A stretch of 64,000 nt of DNA. Source: an uncultured bacterium. GTDB lineage: Bacteria; Fidelibacterota; Marinisomatia; Marinisomatales; UBA1611. Position 1 is the first letter of the stretch; the number at the start of each line of letters is the position of its first letter. The notes beneath the pieces are model-generated. The model did no database searches. It worked only from the letters and a program-made list of their open reading frames with translations, and had not been told where the DNA came from. The stretch spans positions 4,061 to 68,060 of the forward strand of contig CBFIBM010000007.1 in assembly GCA_965660855.1 (NCBI GenBank), read 5' to 3'. The position numbers and the translations under genes were made by a program. Of the stretch, positions 27,715-38,574 are shown piece after piece.

Positions 27715-28829
27715 TAGTTATTTAATATTTTAGACAAACTTCTTACTAGAAATTCAACTTCACTAAGAGTATTTGTTGAGCCAAAACTAATTCTTAATGA
27801 AGATAAATTTAGGCTTTCTTCTACGCCAATTTCACTCAATACTTTGGATGGTTTGGGGCTACCTGAACCGCATGCTGATCCACTTGATACTGCAATATTT
27901 AATCGATCTAATTTTGCTAGTAGGATATCTGCCCTAAATCCAGGAAATGAGATATTAACTAGGCCTGGGAGTGTTTTTTCTGATTTGCTATTAAGTTTAA
28001 ATTCAGAAAATTCTTTCTTTAATTCATTTATAAAATAAGCTTGAAGCATTTTGAGTTTTTGTGAATTTTTTTCTAAGTTTTTACAACAAATTTCAGCTGC
28101 TAATCCTGCCCCAGCGATAGAAGCTACGTTTTCTGTACCACCTCGAAGTCCACTTTCTTGACTACCACCAATTATAAAACTCTCAATTGTTTTTTTATCT
28201 TTAACATAAAGAATACCAATCCCTTTTGGGCCATAAAATTTATGAGCTGAAAGACTTAAAAAGTCGATATCCAAATCCTTCGTATCAATTGAAATTTTGC
28301 CAAGGCATTGAACGGCATCCGTATGCATTAATATATTTTTATCACGTATTAATTTTATAATTGATTTTATAGGTTGAATAGTACCTATTTCGTTATTTGA
28401 CATCATTACTGAGACTAATTTAGTCCTTGGGGTAATACATTTATCCAATTCATTTAAATTAACTAATCCATTATTATCAACATTAACTAAAGAGTAATCT
28501 AAACCAAGTAATTTAAGATGTTTTAAAACTTTTATAACTGCAGGGTGTTCAATGGTATTAGATATAACATGAGAATTCGATTTTTTTAGCATTGACCATA
28601 AAACTTGATTGTTTGATTCTGTTCCACCACTAGTAAAAATAATTTGTTCAGGATTCGCATTAATAGCAGCGGCAATTTTAAATCGAGATTTTTCAATAAT
28701 TGATTTTGCTTTTCTACCAGCAGTATAGACAGAGGAAGGATTACCATAAAAGTCTTTTTGGGTTTTATTTATCAACTCCATTACCTCTGGGTTTAATGGT
28801 GTTGTAGCACTATGATCAAAGTAGAACAT
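27714..28829 (-). CDS. cysteine desulfurase (IscS/NifS group I)
   Basis: DHSATT, SGGTESNN, SAHKFYGPKG, SSGSAC; coupled to mnmA. Confidence 0.93.
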   Translation of the reverse strand: MFYFDHSATTPLNPEVMELINKTQKDFYGNPSSVYTAGRKAKSIIEKSRFKIAAAINANPEQIIFTSGGTESNNQVLWSMLKKSNSHVISNTIEHPAVIKVLKHLKLLGLDYSLVNVDNNGLVNLNELDKCITPRTKLVSVMMSNNEIGTIQPIKSIIKLIRDKNILMHTDAVQCLGKISIDTKDLDIDFLSLSAHKFYGPKGIGILYVKDKKTIESFIIGGSQESGLRGGTENVASIAGAGLAAEICCKNLEKNSQKLKMLQAYFINELKKEFSEFKLNSKSEKTLPGLVNISFPGFRADILLAKLDRLNIAVSSGSACGSGSPKPSKVLSEIGVEESLNLSSLRISFGSTNTLSEVEFLVRSLSKILNN

Positions 28830-28867
28830 TTAAAATATCTTAGAGCTTTATTATTATACCAGTAGGT

Positions 28868-29644
28868 TTATAAATCGTTTCTAATAGATGCAAACTTTAA
28901 AGTGTTCTTTAAGTTTTGATAAAAAGGAGGTTTTCTTTCTTCTAATTTTTTTGCAGTTAAACTTGTATCATAATCGTATCGTTTAACATCCCAATTAATC
29001 CCTTTGTCTGAAACAGTTAAAAAAGCAACAGCTCCTCTTGGATCGCGATCAAAAGGTAAACCAGTTGCACCTTGACAAAGAATTGTAAGGTTTTCGATAG
29101 TATGATTTCTTGGAACATGAACATGGCCGTGGACAAAAACAATTTTCTCTATATTTGGATTGGCTTCTATTACCTCATCTCTCCATTTGAGGCCTTCGGT
29201 CGCTGATGGGGGCTTATCATCTCTTTTAAACCACGCATGATTGAATTCAATTAGTGTATTTCCAATTATTTCTCTGTGCGCTATTTTCATTTCTTTACAA
29301 AAATTAATTCCTTGTATTCCAATTTGTTCAGCAGTCCATTTCTCGTTTTGTACTATTGCTTTAGTAATCGGATCGTCGGGGTCCATGCCTTCTAAAGTAG
29401 GACTTTTATCTTCCCAGAGACGTTCAACGAGGTATCGATCATGATTTCCTCTAATAAAAATACAGTTTTTTAAATCTTGGAGTATTTCCAATGTCTTTTC
29501 TGGCTCGGGTCCTAAAGCAAAACAATCTCCTAAGCAAATTAATTGATCAATACTACCGTATTCTTCAATTATTGCAAGTGATGATTTTAAAGATTCTAAA
29601 TTAGAATGGATATCAGTGATTATTGCAAAGGTCTTAGCTTTCAT
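28868..29644 (-). CDS. metallophosphoesterase (calcineurin-like)
   Basis: DIHSN, LGD, GNHD, HGHVH. Confidence 0.88.
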   Translation of the reverse strand: MKAKTFAIITDIHSNLESLKSSLAIIEEYGSIDQLICLGDCFALGPEPEKTLEILQDLKNCIFIRGNHDRYLVERLWEDKSPTLEGMDPDDPITKAIVQNEKWTAEQIGIQGINFCKEMKIAHREIIGNTLIEFNHAWFKRDDKPPSATEGLKWRDEVIEANPNIEKIVFVHGHVHVPRNHTIENLTILCQGATGLPFDRDPRGAVAFLTVSDKGINWDVKRYDYDTSLTAKKLEERKPPFYQNLKNTLKFASIRNDL

Positions 29645-29786
29645 GTTACTAAAATATACTTTTTTTAGATTCGGATGGTCAAGATTTAAATTTATAATGA
29701 AATTATATTCACATTTGGGTGAGTTTAGATAATTGTTTAATTTACAATAGTAACATAATTATCTTAATTCAAATTAAAAAAATATC

Positions 29787-30686
29787 TTGAAACCAAAATC
29801 TATCCTTTTACTGGGATCAATTGCACTAGATACAATCAAAACTAAATATGGTGAAGAAGCCGATCTAATTGGAGGATCTGCAACTTATGCAGCGATTTCT
29901 TCAAGCTTATTTACTAAAGTAAATTTGGTTGGAATCATTGGAGATGATTTTCCTGATAAAGGAAAAGAAATATTAAAAAACTCGTGTAATTCAATTAAAG
30001 ATTTGATAATTGAAAAGGGGAAAACATTTAGATGGGGAGGAGAGTATCATGAAAATGGAGATGATAGAAAAACTCTTTTTACTGATTTAGGTGTTTTTGA
30101 GAATTTTTCTCCACAATTATCATCTGAAAATTCAAATCCAGATTTTATTTTTTTAGCAAACATTCATCCCGAATTACAACTATCAGTGCTGAATCAATGT
30201 AAAAGTAACCCGTTTGTTATAACAGATACAATGAACCTCTGGATTGATATAGCTGGGGATTCGTTAGAAAAAGTATTGAGATTAACAGACCTGTTACTTA
30301 TAAATCAATCTGAAGTATATGATTTAACTAAAATTAAAAATGTAGAACTATCCATAAAAAAGATATTTGAAATGGGTCCAAAAAAAGTGTTAGTTAAATA
30401 TGGAAGTAAAGGGTCTACTATTTATGATATTGATGGAACCGTTTTCTCAGTTGGTGTTGTTGATATTCCTAAAGTGATCGATCCTACTGGTGCAGGTGAT
30501 AGTTATGGTGGAGGACTTTTAAGTGGTCTTGCTGAAGGGCTAACAATTAAAGATTCAATGTTTAGAGGAACAGTTATGGCTTCATTTTGTATCGAAGACT
30601 TTGGTATTAAATCAATATATAATTTGAATATTGATAAGGTTAACGAGAGAATAACAACTTTAAGAAAAGCAGAGGAATATGTTTAA
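29787..30686 (+). CDS. PfkB family carbohydrate/nucleoside kinase
   Basis: GGSATY, DPTGAGDSYGGG. Confidence 0.9.
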   Translation: MKPKSILLLGSIALDTIKTKYGEEADLIGGSATYAAISSSLFTKVNLVGIIGDDFPDKGKEILKNSCNSIKDLIIEKGKTFRWGGEYHENGDDRKTLFTDLGVFENFSPQLSSENSNPDFIFLANIHPELQLSVLNQCKSNPFVITDTMNLWIDIAGDSLEKVLRLTDLLLINQSEVYDLTKIKNVELSIKKIFEMGPKKVLVKYGSKGSTIYDIDGTVFSVGVVDIPKVIDPTGAGDSYGGGLLSGLAEGLTIKDSMFRGTVMASFCIEDFGIKSIYNLNIDKVNERITTLRKAEEYV

Positions 30687-30734
30687 TAGATTATATTTTT
30701 TATAATTAGATAAATAATTATCAGAGAGGAATGA

Positions 30735-31850
30735 ATGTTAAAAAAGAATACTATATTTTTTTCAGTTTGTTTAGTAATGAGTGCAATTTTTATATCGTGC
30801 TCTAGCCAAGAATACACTACTGCAAAGCTAGCTGTTCAGCAATCAGATTTTAAAAAAGCTGCAGAATGGCTGCCAAAAGCAATGGCTGTGGAGCCAGATA
30901 ATCCAGAGATACCAATAGTTATGGCAGTAGAAATATATGCAGAAAATGATCAGTGGGCGGACTTTACTGATATGTTCAATAAAGCGATGTCTATCAACCC
31001 AGAAAAGATTATTGAAGTTAGAGGAGCTTTTGCCCCAGTGGAAGATGCTGTAAAAAATTATACCGAATTTTATTGGGCAAAAGAGTTTAATTCTGGAGTA
31101 GAGCAATTTAAAAAAATACAAGATGACCCTGAGAATAAAATTAGTCATCTTGAAACTGCTATATTACACTTTACTAATGCATCAATTATTAATCCAAAAG
31201 ATGTTAATACACATGTTACCTTAGCAAAGTGTTATTTTGATAAAGGGGATGAAAAATCAGCTAAAGAATCAGCTATCTCTGCAGTAGAAACAAACCCGGA
31301 TAGTTTTGATGCAAATTTTGGAGCAGCACAAATTCTTGGCAGGGTAGGCTTGTCTTCGTCAAATTTGTTACCTTATTATCAGAAAGCAGTCCTAATACAG
31401 CCTTCAAATAGTAGAGCACTAAGAGAATTAGCAAGTACTTATTATGACTTGGGCCAGAAAGATAAGTCAATTAGTGTATTTGAGGATGCTATAATTAATG
31501 AGAAAGATGAAATTGTAAAAGCTGATTTATATTTTAATTTAGGGGTAATACACAATCAAACTGGTAATTATGAAGAAGCAGAGAAGTCTTTTGACGAAGC
31601 ATTTTATTTAAATGAAGATGATTTTGAAGCCGCTCTTGGTATGGCACGTGCTTATGAAGGGTTAGGTGATAACTTTTTAAATGGTTCTGAGGGTTTTGAA
31701 AAAGATTTGGATAAAGCAGCTAGATGGTTTCGAAAAGCTGAAAAGAAAATTAAATCAGTAATGATTATAGATATTGACAATAAAGATATTTATAAGAAAA
31801 ACTTAGATATTATTAGGTTTAAAAGAGATATAGCAGAAGGAGTGAGTTAA
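30735..31850 (+). CDS. TPR-repeat lipoprotein
   Basis: lipobox FISC; several TPR units (e.g. LYFNLGVIHNQTGNYEEA). Confidence 0.85.
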   Translation: MLKKNTIFFSVCLVMSAIFISCSSQEYTTAKLAVQQSDFKKAAEWLPKAMAVEPDNPEIPIVMAVEIYAENDQWADFTDMFNKAMSINPEKIIEVRGAFAPVEDAVKNYTEFYWAKEFNSGVEQFKKIQDDPENKISHLETAILHFTNASIINPKDVNTHVTLAKCYFDKGDEKSAKESAISAVETNPDSFDANFGAAQILGRVGLSSSNLLPYYQKAVLIQPSNSRALRELASTYYDLGQKDKSISVFEDAIINEKDEIVKADLYFNLGVIHNQTGNYEEAEKSFDEAFYLNEDDFEAALGMARAYEGLGDNFLNGSEGFEKDLDKAARWFRKAEKKIKSVMIIDIDNKDIYKKNLDIIRFKRDIAEGVS

Positions 31851-31854
31851 GGTT

Positions 31855-32757
31855 TCAAATTAATCGGTTCCGCTTGTCTAAATAGTTTGTAATGCATTCT
31901 CTTAAGTTTTTATTTGTTATTACAGGAATATAATCGATTAATAGTTGGTTACACTCCCTCTTGAATCTATCTTGTCTTTCTTTAACTATTTGCATATAAT
32001 TTTCTCTAATATGCCATGGATCTGTGATTATTTCTTCTTCAGTTTCCATGTCAATAAATTTAGAGCGCTCATTAAAATTAAAGTAGACTTCTTCTTTATC
32101 TAAAATATGAAAAACGATGACTTCTTGTTTTCTATGGCGAAAATGCTTTAAACCATTTATAATTTTTGTTGGATCATCTAATAAATCAGATATTAAAATT
32201 ATTAATCCTCGTTTATTAATCCTTTCTGCCATTTCATGTAAGACTGGCTCAATGTTAGTATCTGATCCTTTAGAATTATCGCTTAATTTTCCGATTATTG
32301 TTTTGAGATGGCTTCTTTTCGCTTTAGGCGATATGAAAGTATTAATCCTATCAGAAAACTGAATAAGCCCTACAGCATCTTGCTGGTTAATCATTAAATA
32401 TGCCAATGAGGCTAAAAGTGAGTTTGAATAGTTGATTTTTGAAACCTTTCCACTGGAGAATGACATAGACTTACTATTATCTAATATGATATAAGTTTTG
32501 AGATTTGTTTCTTCTTCATATCTTTTAATATATAGACGGTCTGTTTTTCCATATAATTTCCAATCGATATTTCTGATTTCATCACCTAAATCGTAAGCTT
32601 TATGTTCGGCAAACTCTACTGAAAACCCATGATAAGGGCTGCGATGTTTTCCAATTATATAACCCTCTACAATTAATCGAGCTCTGAGTGCAATAGAGCT
32701 AATTGTAGATACAATTTCTGGATCTAAATACTTTCTTTTGTCTTTATAATTAGACAT
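31855..32757 (-). CDS. DUF58 (vWA-like) protein
   Basis: GKHRS..GFSVEFAEH, IDWK, YEEETN, ISDL. Confidence 0.92.
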   Translation of the reverse strand: MSNYKDKRKYLDPEIVSTISSIALRARLIVEGYIIGKHRSPYHGFSVEFAEHKAYDLGDEIRNIDWKLYGKTDRLYIKRYEEETNLKTYIILDNSKSMSFSSGKVSKINYSNSLLASLAYLMINQQDAVGLIQFSDRINTFISPKAKRSHLKTIIGKLSDNSKGSDTNIEPVLHEMAERINKRGLIILISDLLDDPTKIINGLKHFRHRKQEVIVFHILDKEEVYFNFNERSKFIDMETEEEIITDPWHIRENYMQIVKERQDRFKRECNQLLIDYIPVITNKNLRECITNYLDKRNRLI

Positions 32758-33749
32758 TATTCAGGATAAGCTTCAATTAGCTTCTCCAAAATATCATCTA
32801 TTTTCAACCCCTCTGCTTCAGCATTAAAATTAGGTAGGACTCGATGTCTTAGAATGGGTGGGATTAGCATATGAATATCCTTGATATCGGGTGTTGGCCT
32901 TCCATCTAGAAGAGCTTTTGCTTTTGCGGCAAGAATCAGATATTGAGATGCTCTTGGTCCCGCACCCCAGTCAACTGAATTCTTTATAAATTCCAAGTCA
33001 GAGGAAGCTGGTCTTGTTGCTGATACAATTTTTACTGCATAATTTACAACATTGTCCGAGACTGGTACTCTCCTCACTAAATCTTGGTAATTAGTAATTT
33101 GATTTCTGGTAAGAACTGGATTAATTATTTTTTTTTCTTCTGACGTTGTATTTCTCACTATTTCTATTTCATCTTCGAGTTTCGGATAGTCTATTTTTAG
33201 GTTAAACATAAAGCGGTCTAGTTGCGCTTCAGGTAGAGGGTAAGTACCTTCTTGTTCAATTGGATTTTGGGTAGCAAGAACAAAAAAAGGTTCTTCTAAA
33301 TTATAACTATTTCCGCCTGCCGTGACTCTATGTTCTTGCATTGCCTCAAGCAATGCAGCCTGAGTTTTTGGAGGTGTCCTGTTTATTTCATCTGCAAGAA
33401 CAATGTTTGCAAATACGGGTCCTTTAAAAAATCTAAATGATCTCTTTCCAGTTTCTTGATCAATATCAATCAATTCAGTTCCAGTTATATCACTAGGCAT
33501 TAGGTCTGGAGTGAATTGGATTCTTTTAAATGTCAAGTCTAGAACCTCTGACAAAGTTTGAATAATTAGAGTTTTAGCAAGGCCTGGAACTCCAACTAAT
33601 AAAGAATGCCCTTTGGCTAAGATTGCTATAAGCATTAAATCTAGGATCTCTTTTTGCCCAACAATAATTTTTCCTGCCTCTTTGAAAAAAAGTTTTTTAG
33701 AGTTAATTAGTTGTTCAAGTAATTCTAAGTCGTCAATTTTTTGATTCAT
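32757..33749 (-). CDS. MoxR family AAA+ ATPase
   Basis: GVPGLAKT, RIQFTPDLMPSD, DEINR, TQNPIEQEGTYPLPEAQLDRF. Confidence 0.95.
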   Translation of the reverse strand: MNQKIDDLELLEQLINSKKLFFKEAGKIIVGQKEILDLMLIAILAKGHSLLVGVPGLAKTLIIQTLSEVLDLTFKRIQFTPDLMPSDITGTELIDIDQETGKRSFRFFKGPVFANIVLADEINRTPPKTQAALLEAMQEHRVTAGGNSYNLEEPFFVLATQNPIEQEGTYPLPEAQLDRFMFNLKIDYPKLEDEIEIVRNTTSEEKKIINPVLTRNQITNYQDLVRRVPVSDNVVNYAVKIVSATRPASSDLEFIKNSVDWGAGPRASQYLILAAKAKALLDGRPTPDIKDIHMLIPPILRHRVLPNFNAEAEGLKIDDILEKLIEAYPE

Positions 33750-33862
33750 ATTTGATTGCTTTATTTATATAATGATTTGAAAATTAAGCAACACAAGATA
33801 CCCTACAAAGAAAGAAAAAGAATTTAATTTTAAATAATTTAGTATTTGAGATTAACAAGTCT

Positions 33863-34918
33863 TTGTTCAAATTCAGGAATATGCAAAACCTCATAGATAA
33901 ACCAATTGTCGGACAATCAAGAAAAGAGCTAGAAAATGCATTAGTTTCTATTAATGAAAAGTCATTTAGGGGAAGACAGATATTTGATTGGATTTATAAA
34001 AAACAAATTTATGACTTTACAAAAATGTCAGATTTACCAAGTCATCTTCGTGAAAAGTTAAAATCAAAAAAAATACATCCTTTGAATCTCATCAAGGGTA
34101 AAAATAGTAGTACAAAAAAAACAAAGAAATTCCTCTTTCAATTGGGTACTGGTGAGCAAGTCGAATCGGTTCTAATGGAACATGGAGATAGAAATACTAT
34201 ATGTCTATCAACACAAGTTGGTTGTGCAGTAGATTGTGGTTTTTGCGCGACAGCGAAAATGGGATTTATAAAAAATTTAACTGTAGGAGAGATAATTGAC
34301 CAATTCATACAACTTAGGCAGATAAGTAATAAAAAAATTACAAATGTTGTTTTTATGGGAATGGGAGAACCTTTTTTAAATTATAGAAATACAATCTCTG
34401 CTGCAGAACTATTAAATAATTCTAATGGAATTAACATGGCTGCATGGAGGATTACAATTTCTACTTCAGGTATAATAAATAAAATAAATCAATTTACAGA
34501 AGAAAAGCAGCCTTATAAGTTAGCAATCAGTCTAAACGGTATCTCGCAGAGCCAAAGATTAAAAACAATGCCAATCACAAAAAATCAAACATTTTCAAAC
34601 TTACTCATTGCCGCAAAAAACTATGCATATAACTCCAGGAAAAAAGTGACATTTGAATATGTTTTGTTAGATGGAATAAATGATCAACCATCTGACGGAA
34701 GAAAATTAATGAGAATTTTAAACAATACTAATTGTAAATTAAATGTCATTCCATATAATGAAATTAATGGAGAGTATAAGCGACCTAGTGAGACGACAAT
34801 TAATAACTTTTTAGATAGTTTGAAAAATGCAATGTTTCCAGTTACTGTGAGGTGGAGTAAAGGTCAAGACATTGACGCTGGTTGTGGACAATTAGTGACC
34901 GCAATTGGTAAGATATGA
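33863..34918 (+). CDS. rlmN: 23S rRNA/tRNA C2-methyltransferase
   Basis: STQVGCAVDCGFCAT, MGMGEP, DIDAGCGQL; start may be ATG 33881. Confidence 0.95.
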   Translation: MFKFRNMQNLIDKPIVGQSRKELENALVSINEKSFRGRQIFDWIYKKQIYDFTKMSDLPSHLREKLKSKKIHPLNLIKGKNSSTKKTKKFLFQLGTGEQVESVLMEHGDRNTICLSTQVGCAVDCGFCATAKMGFIKNLTVGEIIDQFIQLRQISNKKITNVVFMGMGEPFLNYRNTISAAELLNNSNGINMAAWRITISTSGIINKINQFTEEKQPYKLAISLNGISQSQRLKTMPITKNQTFSNLLIAAKNYAYNSRKKVTFEYVLLDGINDQPSDGRKLMRILNNTNCKLNVIPYNEINGEYKRPSETTINNFLDSLKNAMFPVTVRWSKGQDIDAGCGQLVTAIGKI

Positions 34919-35706
34919 AATCTATTAAAAAAGATACAATTAAATTTATAAAAGCTAATTTAAAATTTTCTGGAGATACCGCTATAATTCTTGGTTCTGG
35001 ATTAGGGCATATATCGGATCTAGTTGAGAAAAGAAGATCTATCAAATATGGAAAAATACCAAACTATCCAGAATCTACAATTGAAGGACATGCTGGAGAA
35101 TTGGTATCTGGAATAATTCAAGGTAAACAGATCCTTATTGCAAATGGTAGATTTCACCTTTATGAAGGATATAGTAGAGAACAAATACTTTATCCTTTCA
35201 AAATTTTTAAGGATTTAGGTATAAAAAACATTATAATTACAAATTCTTCAGGGAGTTTAAATAAGAATTACTCCCCAGGCACAATAATTATGATTGATAA
35301 GCATTTTAACTTATCTTTCCAAGAGGATTATAAGGATCCTAAAATAAATGAAGGAAATGAATTCTATTCAAAATATTTATTAGAAATAGCAGTAGCAGCA
35401 GCAGCTTCAACAAATATTAAATTTTTGAAAGGAACTTATTGTTGGGTTTTAGGACCGATGTATGAGACTCCAGAAGAAATTTATTATTTCCGCTCTTTAG
35501 GAGGTGATGCCGTTGGTATGAGTGGTGTTCCTGAAGTAGAAATATGCAAACAGTTTGATTTTTCAGTTTTAATGATATCAAATTTGACTAATTATGCAGC
35601 GGGTATCTCTGACAAAAAATTAACACATGAAGACGTTATATCTAATGCTTTGAATAATAAAGGAACACTGACAAATTTTTTATTGAACTTAATTAAGAGA
35701 TTATGA
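34915..35706 (+). CDS. purine nucleoside phosphorylase (trimeric type)
   Basis: ILGSGLG, GRFHLYEG, GPMYETPEE, DAVGMS, TNYAAG. Confidence 0.92.
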   Translation: MKSIKKDTIKFIKANLKFSGDTAIILGSGLGHISDLVEKRRSIKYGKIPNYPESTIEGHAGELVSGIIQGKQILIANGRFHLYEGYSREQILYPFKIFKDLGIKNIIITNSSGSLNKNYSPGTIIMIDKHFNLSFQEDYKDPKINEGNEFYSKYLLEIAVAAAASTNIKFLKGTYCWVLGPMYETPEEIYYFRSLGGDAVGMSGVPEVEICKQFDFSVLMISNLTNYAAGISDKKLTHEDVISNALNNKGTLTNFLLNLIKRL

Positions 35707-35710
35707 AGTT

Positions 35711-36877
35711 ATGAAAATTCGAAAAGAAATTAAAAAAATTGAAGATCAAATAATTAATTGGAGAAGATACTTCCATCAGAATCCAGAATTAGGTTTTAAA
35801 GAATTCAGTACTGCTGAAAAAATATTTAATGATTTAAAAAAAATGGGTTTAAATCCAAAAAAGAACATCGGTAAAACTGGAGTTATAGCTGATTTAATAT
35901 TTGGCGAAGGTCCTATGGTTGCTTTTAGAGCTGACATGGATGCACTTCCAATACAAGAAACAAGTGGATTGAGTTTTTCTTCAAAAAATGATGGAGTTAT
36001 GCATGCATGTGGGCATGACGGACATATGGCGATGCTTCTAGCAACTGCAAAAGTTTTGACTGAAAATAAAAAATATCATAACTATGGATCTATTCGATTT
36101 ATTTTTCAACCTGCAGAAGAAGGCTTTGGAGGAGCTAAATATATGATTGAAGATGGAGTTCTTGATGGAGTTGATGAAATTTATGGTATACACCTCTGGA
36201 ATTATCAACCTTTTGGTGAAGTTGGGGTGAAAGAAGGGCCTATAATGGCTGCAGCAGATAAATTTAGTATTAAAGTTAGGGGTGTTGGAGGTCATGGAGC
36301 AGCTCCTCAAGGGACTGTTGATTCAATTATAGTTGCTTCTCAACTTGTTCAGACTCTCCAAACTATAGTTAGCAGAAATATAAACCCTATAGACAGTGCT
36401 GTTATTACAATTGGAAAGATTAATGGTGGTAATAATTTTAATGTTATCGCTGACGAAGTTGATTTAATTGGTACAGTTAGAGCATATACAGAAAAAAATA
36501 GAGACTTATTGAAGCAGAGGATGGGTGAAATAGTTAATGGCGTTTCAAGAAGCTTTAATTCTAAGATTGATTTTAATTATATTGACTGCTACCCACCAAC
36601 AATTAATCATAAAAAACAATCAGAGACTGTTTTAGAAGCTGCTAAAATTGTTGTTGGTGAAAAAGCAGGAGAGCCATATTTATCAATGGGAGGTGAGGAT
36701 TTTGCATATTATCTACAAAAAAAACCTGGATGTTTCTTTTTTGTAGGCTCTGCTCCTAATAAAAAATCTTTATTTGAAACACCACACCATTGCTCACATT
36801 TTGATATGGATGAAAAGGCACTGCTAATAGGACCTTCGATATTTTTAAATATCGTAGATAATTTATTTAGAAATTAA
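35711..36877 (+). CDS. M20D amidohydrolase
   Basis: RADMDALP, MHACGHDGH, QPAEEG, GGHGA, GEDF. Confidence 0.92.
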   Translation: MKIRKEIKKIEDQIINWRRYFHQNPELGFKEFSTAEKIFNDLKKMGLNPKKNIGKTGVIADLIFGEGPMVAFRADMDALPIQETSGLSFSSKNDGVMHACGHDGHMAMLLATAKVLTENKKYHNYGSIRFIFQPAEEGFGGAKYMIEDGVLDGVDEIYGIHLWNYQPFGEVGVKEGPIMAAADKFSIKVRGVGGHGAAPQGTVDSIIVASQLVQTLQTIVSRNINPIDSAVITIGKINGGNNFNVIADEVDLIGTVRAYTEKNRDLLKQRMGEIVNGVSRSFNSKIDFNYIDCYPPTINHKKQSETVLEAAKIVVGEKAGEPYLSMGGEDFAYYLQKKPGCFFFVGSAPNKKSLFETPHHCSHFDMDEKALLIGPSIFLNIVDNLFRN

Positions 36878-38562
36878 TATCCTACTGCTGATGTTTCCCC
36901 TCTTGTATCACCACCACCATAATAACCATTTTCTTTTATTATGATTCCATTAGCTTCCCCAATATACCCACCACCTCTGTAATAGGAAACCTTATGTCCA
37001 CGTTTTTTGAGGTTTTCTAAAACATCTTTAATTATACCGTATGGCTCAATTTGTATTTCATCCGGTAACCATTGAGAATGAAATCTAGGAGCTGAGACAG
37101 CTTCTTTGATATCCATGTTATGTTCAATAATATTAAGAATTGATTGCATTACAGTTGTAATAATTGTAGATCCACCAGGTGATCCAATCACTATATATGG
37201 TGAATTCTCTTTTAAAACTATAGTGGGAGTCATAGATGAAAGAGGTCTTTTATGTGGTTCAATTGCATTAGCTTCATTTCCAACAAGTCCAAATGCATTA
37301 GGAATTCCAGGTTTTGATGAAAAATCATCCATTTCATTATTTAAAAAAAAACCAGCACCTTCTACAACATGACCATTCCCATAGTTTAAATTTATTGTAG
37401 TTGTTACGCTTACAGCATTACCCCATTGATCTACAACAGAATAATGTGTTGTTTCGGTAGATTCATATTGATTTAACGTAGAAGCTGATATGTTGCTACT
37501 TAGTGTTGCCTTATTCAAATCGATGTCGCGAATTCGATTTTTAGAATAATCTTTAGAAGTAAGTATCGTGGTTGGAACTTCCCAAAAATCAGGGTCGCCT
37601 AAATGAACTGCTCTATCTGCATATGCTCTTCTCTCAACTTCTGTTAATAAATGTACATAATCTGATGAATTCCATCCCATCGTATCAAGGGAGAATTCCT
37701 CCAGCATATTTAGCATATTAATTAATAATACACCTCCGGAGCTAGGTGGTCCCATTGATATTATTTTATAGTCTTTATATGTCCCCAATACAGGATCACG
37801 GTATATAGATGAATATTCTTCAAGGTCAGTTAAGCTAATTATTCCATTCCCTCTTTTCATTTCTTTTACAATTAAATCAGCAACTGGGCCTGAATAAAAA
37901 CCAGAACGTCCATGTTTTGAAATTCTTTTTAAAGTTTTTTCTAGATCTTTTTGTTTAAAAAGATCTCCTTTTTTCCAAAGAGTATTATCTTTTTTTACAA
38001 AAATTCTTTTTGCGGCTTCATTCCTTTTAAAAAAATCTTTATATAAATTAAATCGCTCAGCTTCATAATGAGAAAGTTTAAAGCCTCTACCGGCCAATCG
38101 TATTGCTGGAGCGAGTATTTGTTGCCGAGATATGGTCCCTGAACCGTGATCATTTAAAGCTTTTAGTAAACCATCAACAGTTCCAGGTACTCCACTACTT
38201 GCTCTTGAATAAAGTGACATTCCATTTATTATATCACCGTTATTATCTAAATACATATTTTTTGTTGATTTTTCTGGAGATTTTTCCCTATGATCAATTG
38301 TAAACGTATCTCCATTCTTCATGGTCGCTACCAAAAACCCACCACCACCAAGATTTCCATTTCCTGAACTTGTCACTGCTAGTGCAAATCCTACTGCAAC
38401 AGCAGCATCAATTGCATTTCCACCTTTTTTTAGAATTTCAACTCCGGCTTCAGATGCTTGTTTACTAGTAGATACAACCATACCGTTTTCACCAAAGATA
38501 GGATCCTCACTCGCTGGAAAAATTAAACAATATAAAAAGATTAACATAAAAATATATTTCAT
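36874..38562 (-). CDS. ggt: gamma-glutamyltransferase
   Basis: GGNAIDAAVA, ETTHYSVVD autocleavage site, NNEMDDF, PLSSMTP, GSPGG. Confidence 0.95.
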   Translation of the reverse strand: MKYIFMLIFLYCLIFPASEDPIFGENGMVVSTSKQASEAGVEILKKGGNAIDAAVAVGFALAVTSSGNGNLGGGGFLVATMKNGDTFTIDHREKSPEKSTKNMYLDNNGDIINGMSLYSRASSGVPGTVDGLLKALNDHGSGTISRQQILAPAIRLAGRGFKLSHYEAERFNLYKDFFKRNEAAKRIFVKKDNTLWKKGDLFKQKDLEKTLKRISKHGRSGFYSGPVADLIVKEMKRGNGIISLTDLEEYSSIYRDPVLGTYKDYKIISMGPPSSGGVLLINMLNMLEEFSLDTMGWNSSDYVHLLTEVERRAYADRAVHLGDPDFWEVPTTILTSKDYSKNRIRDIDLNKATLSSNISASTLNQYESTETTHYSVVDQWGNAVSVTTTINLNYGNGHVVEGAGFFLNNEMDDFSSKPGIPNAFGLVGNEANAIEPHKRPLSSMTPTIVLKENSPYIVIGSPGGSTIITTVMQSILNIIEHNMDIKEAVSAPRFHSQWLPDEIQIEPYGIIKDVLENLKKRGHKVSYYRGGGYIGEANGIIIKENGYYGGGDTRGETSAVGY

Positions 38563-38574
38563 AATAAAATTATT

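Noticed and set aside
36874..38562. ggt plus CapA as a poly-gamma-glutamate capsule locus
   Set aside because: No capB/capC, the genes are ~17 kb apart, and ggt sits in a housekeeping operon.
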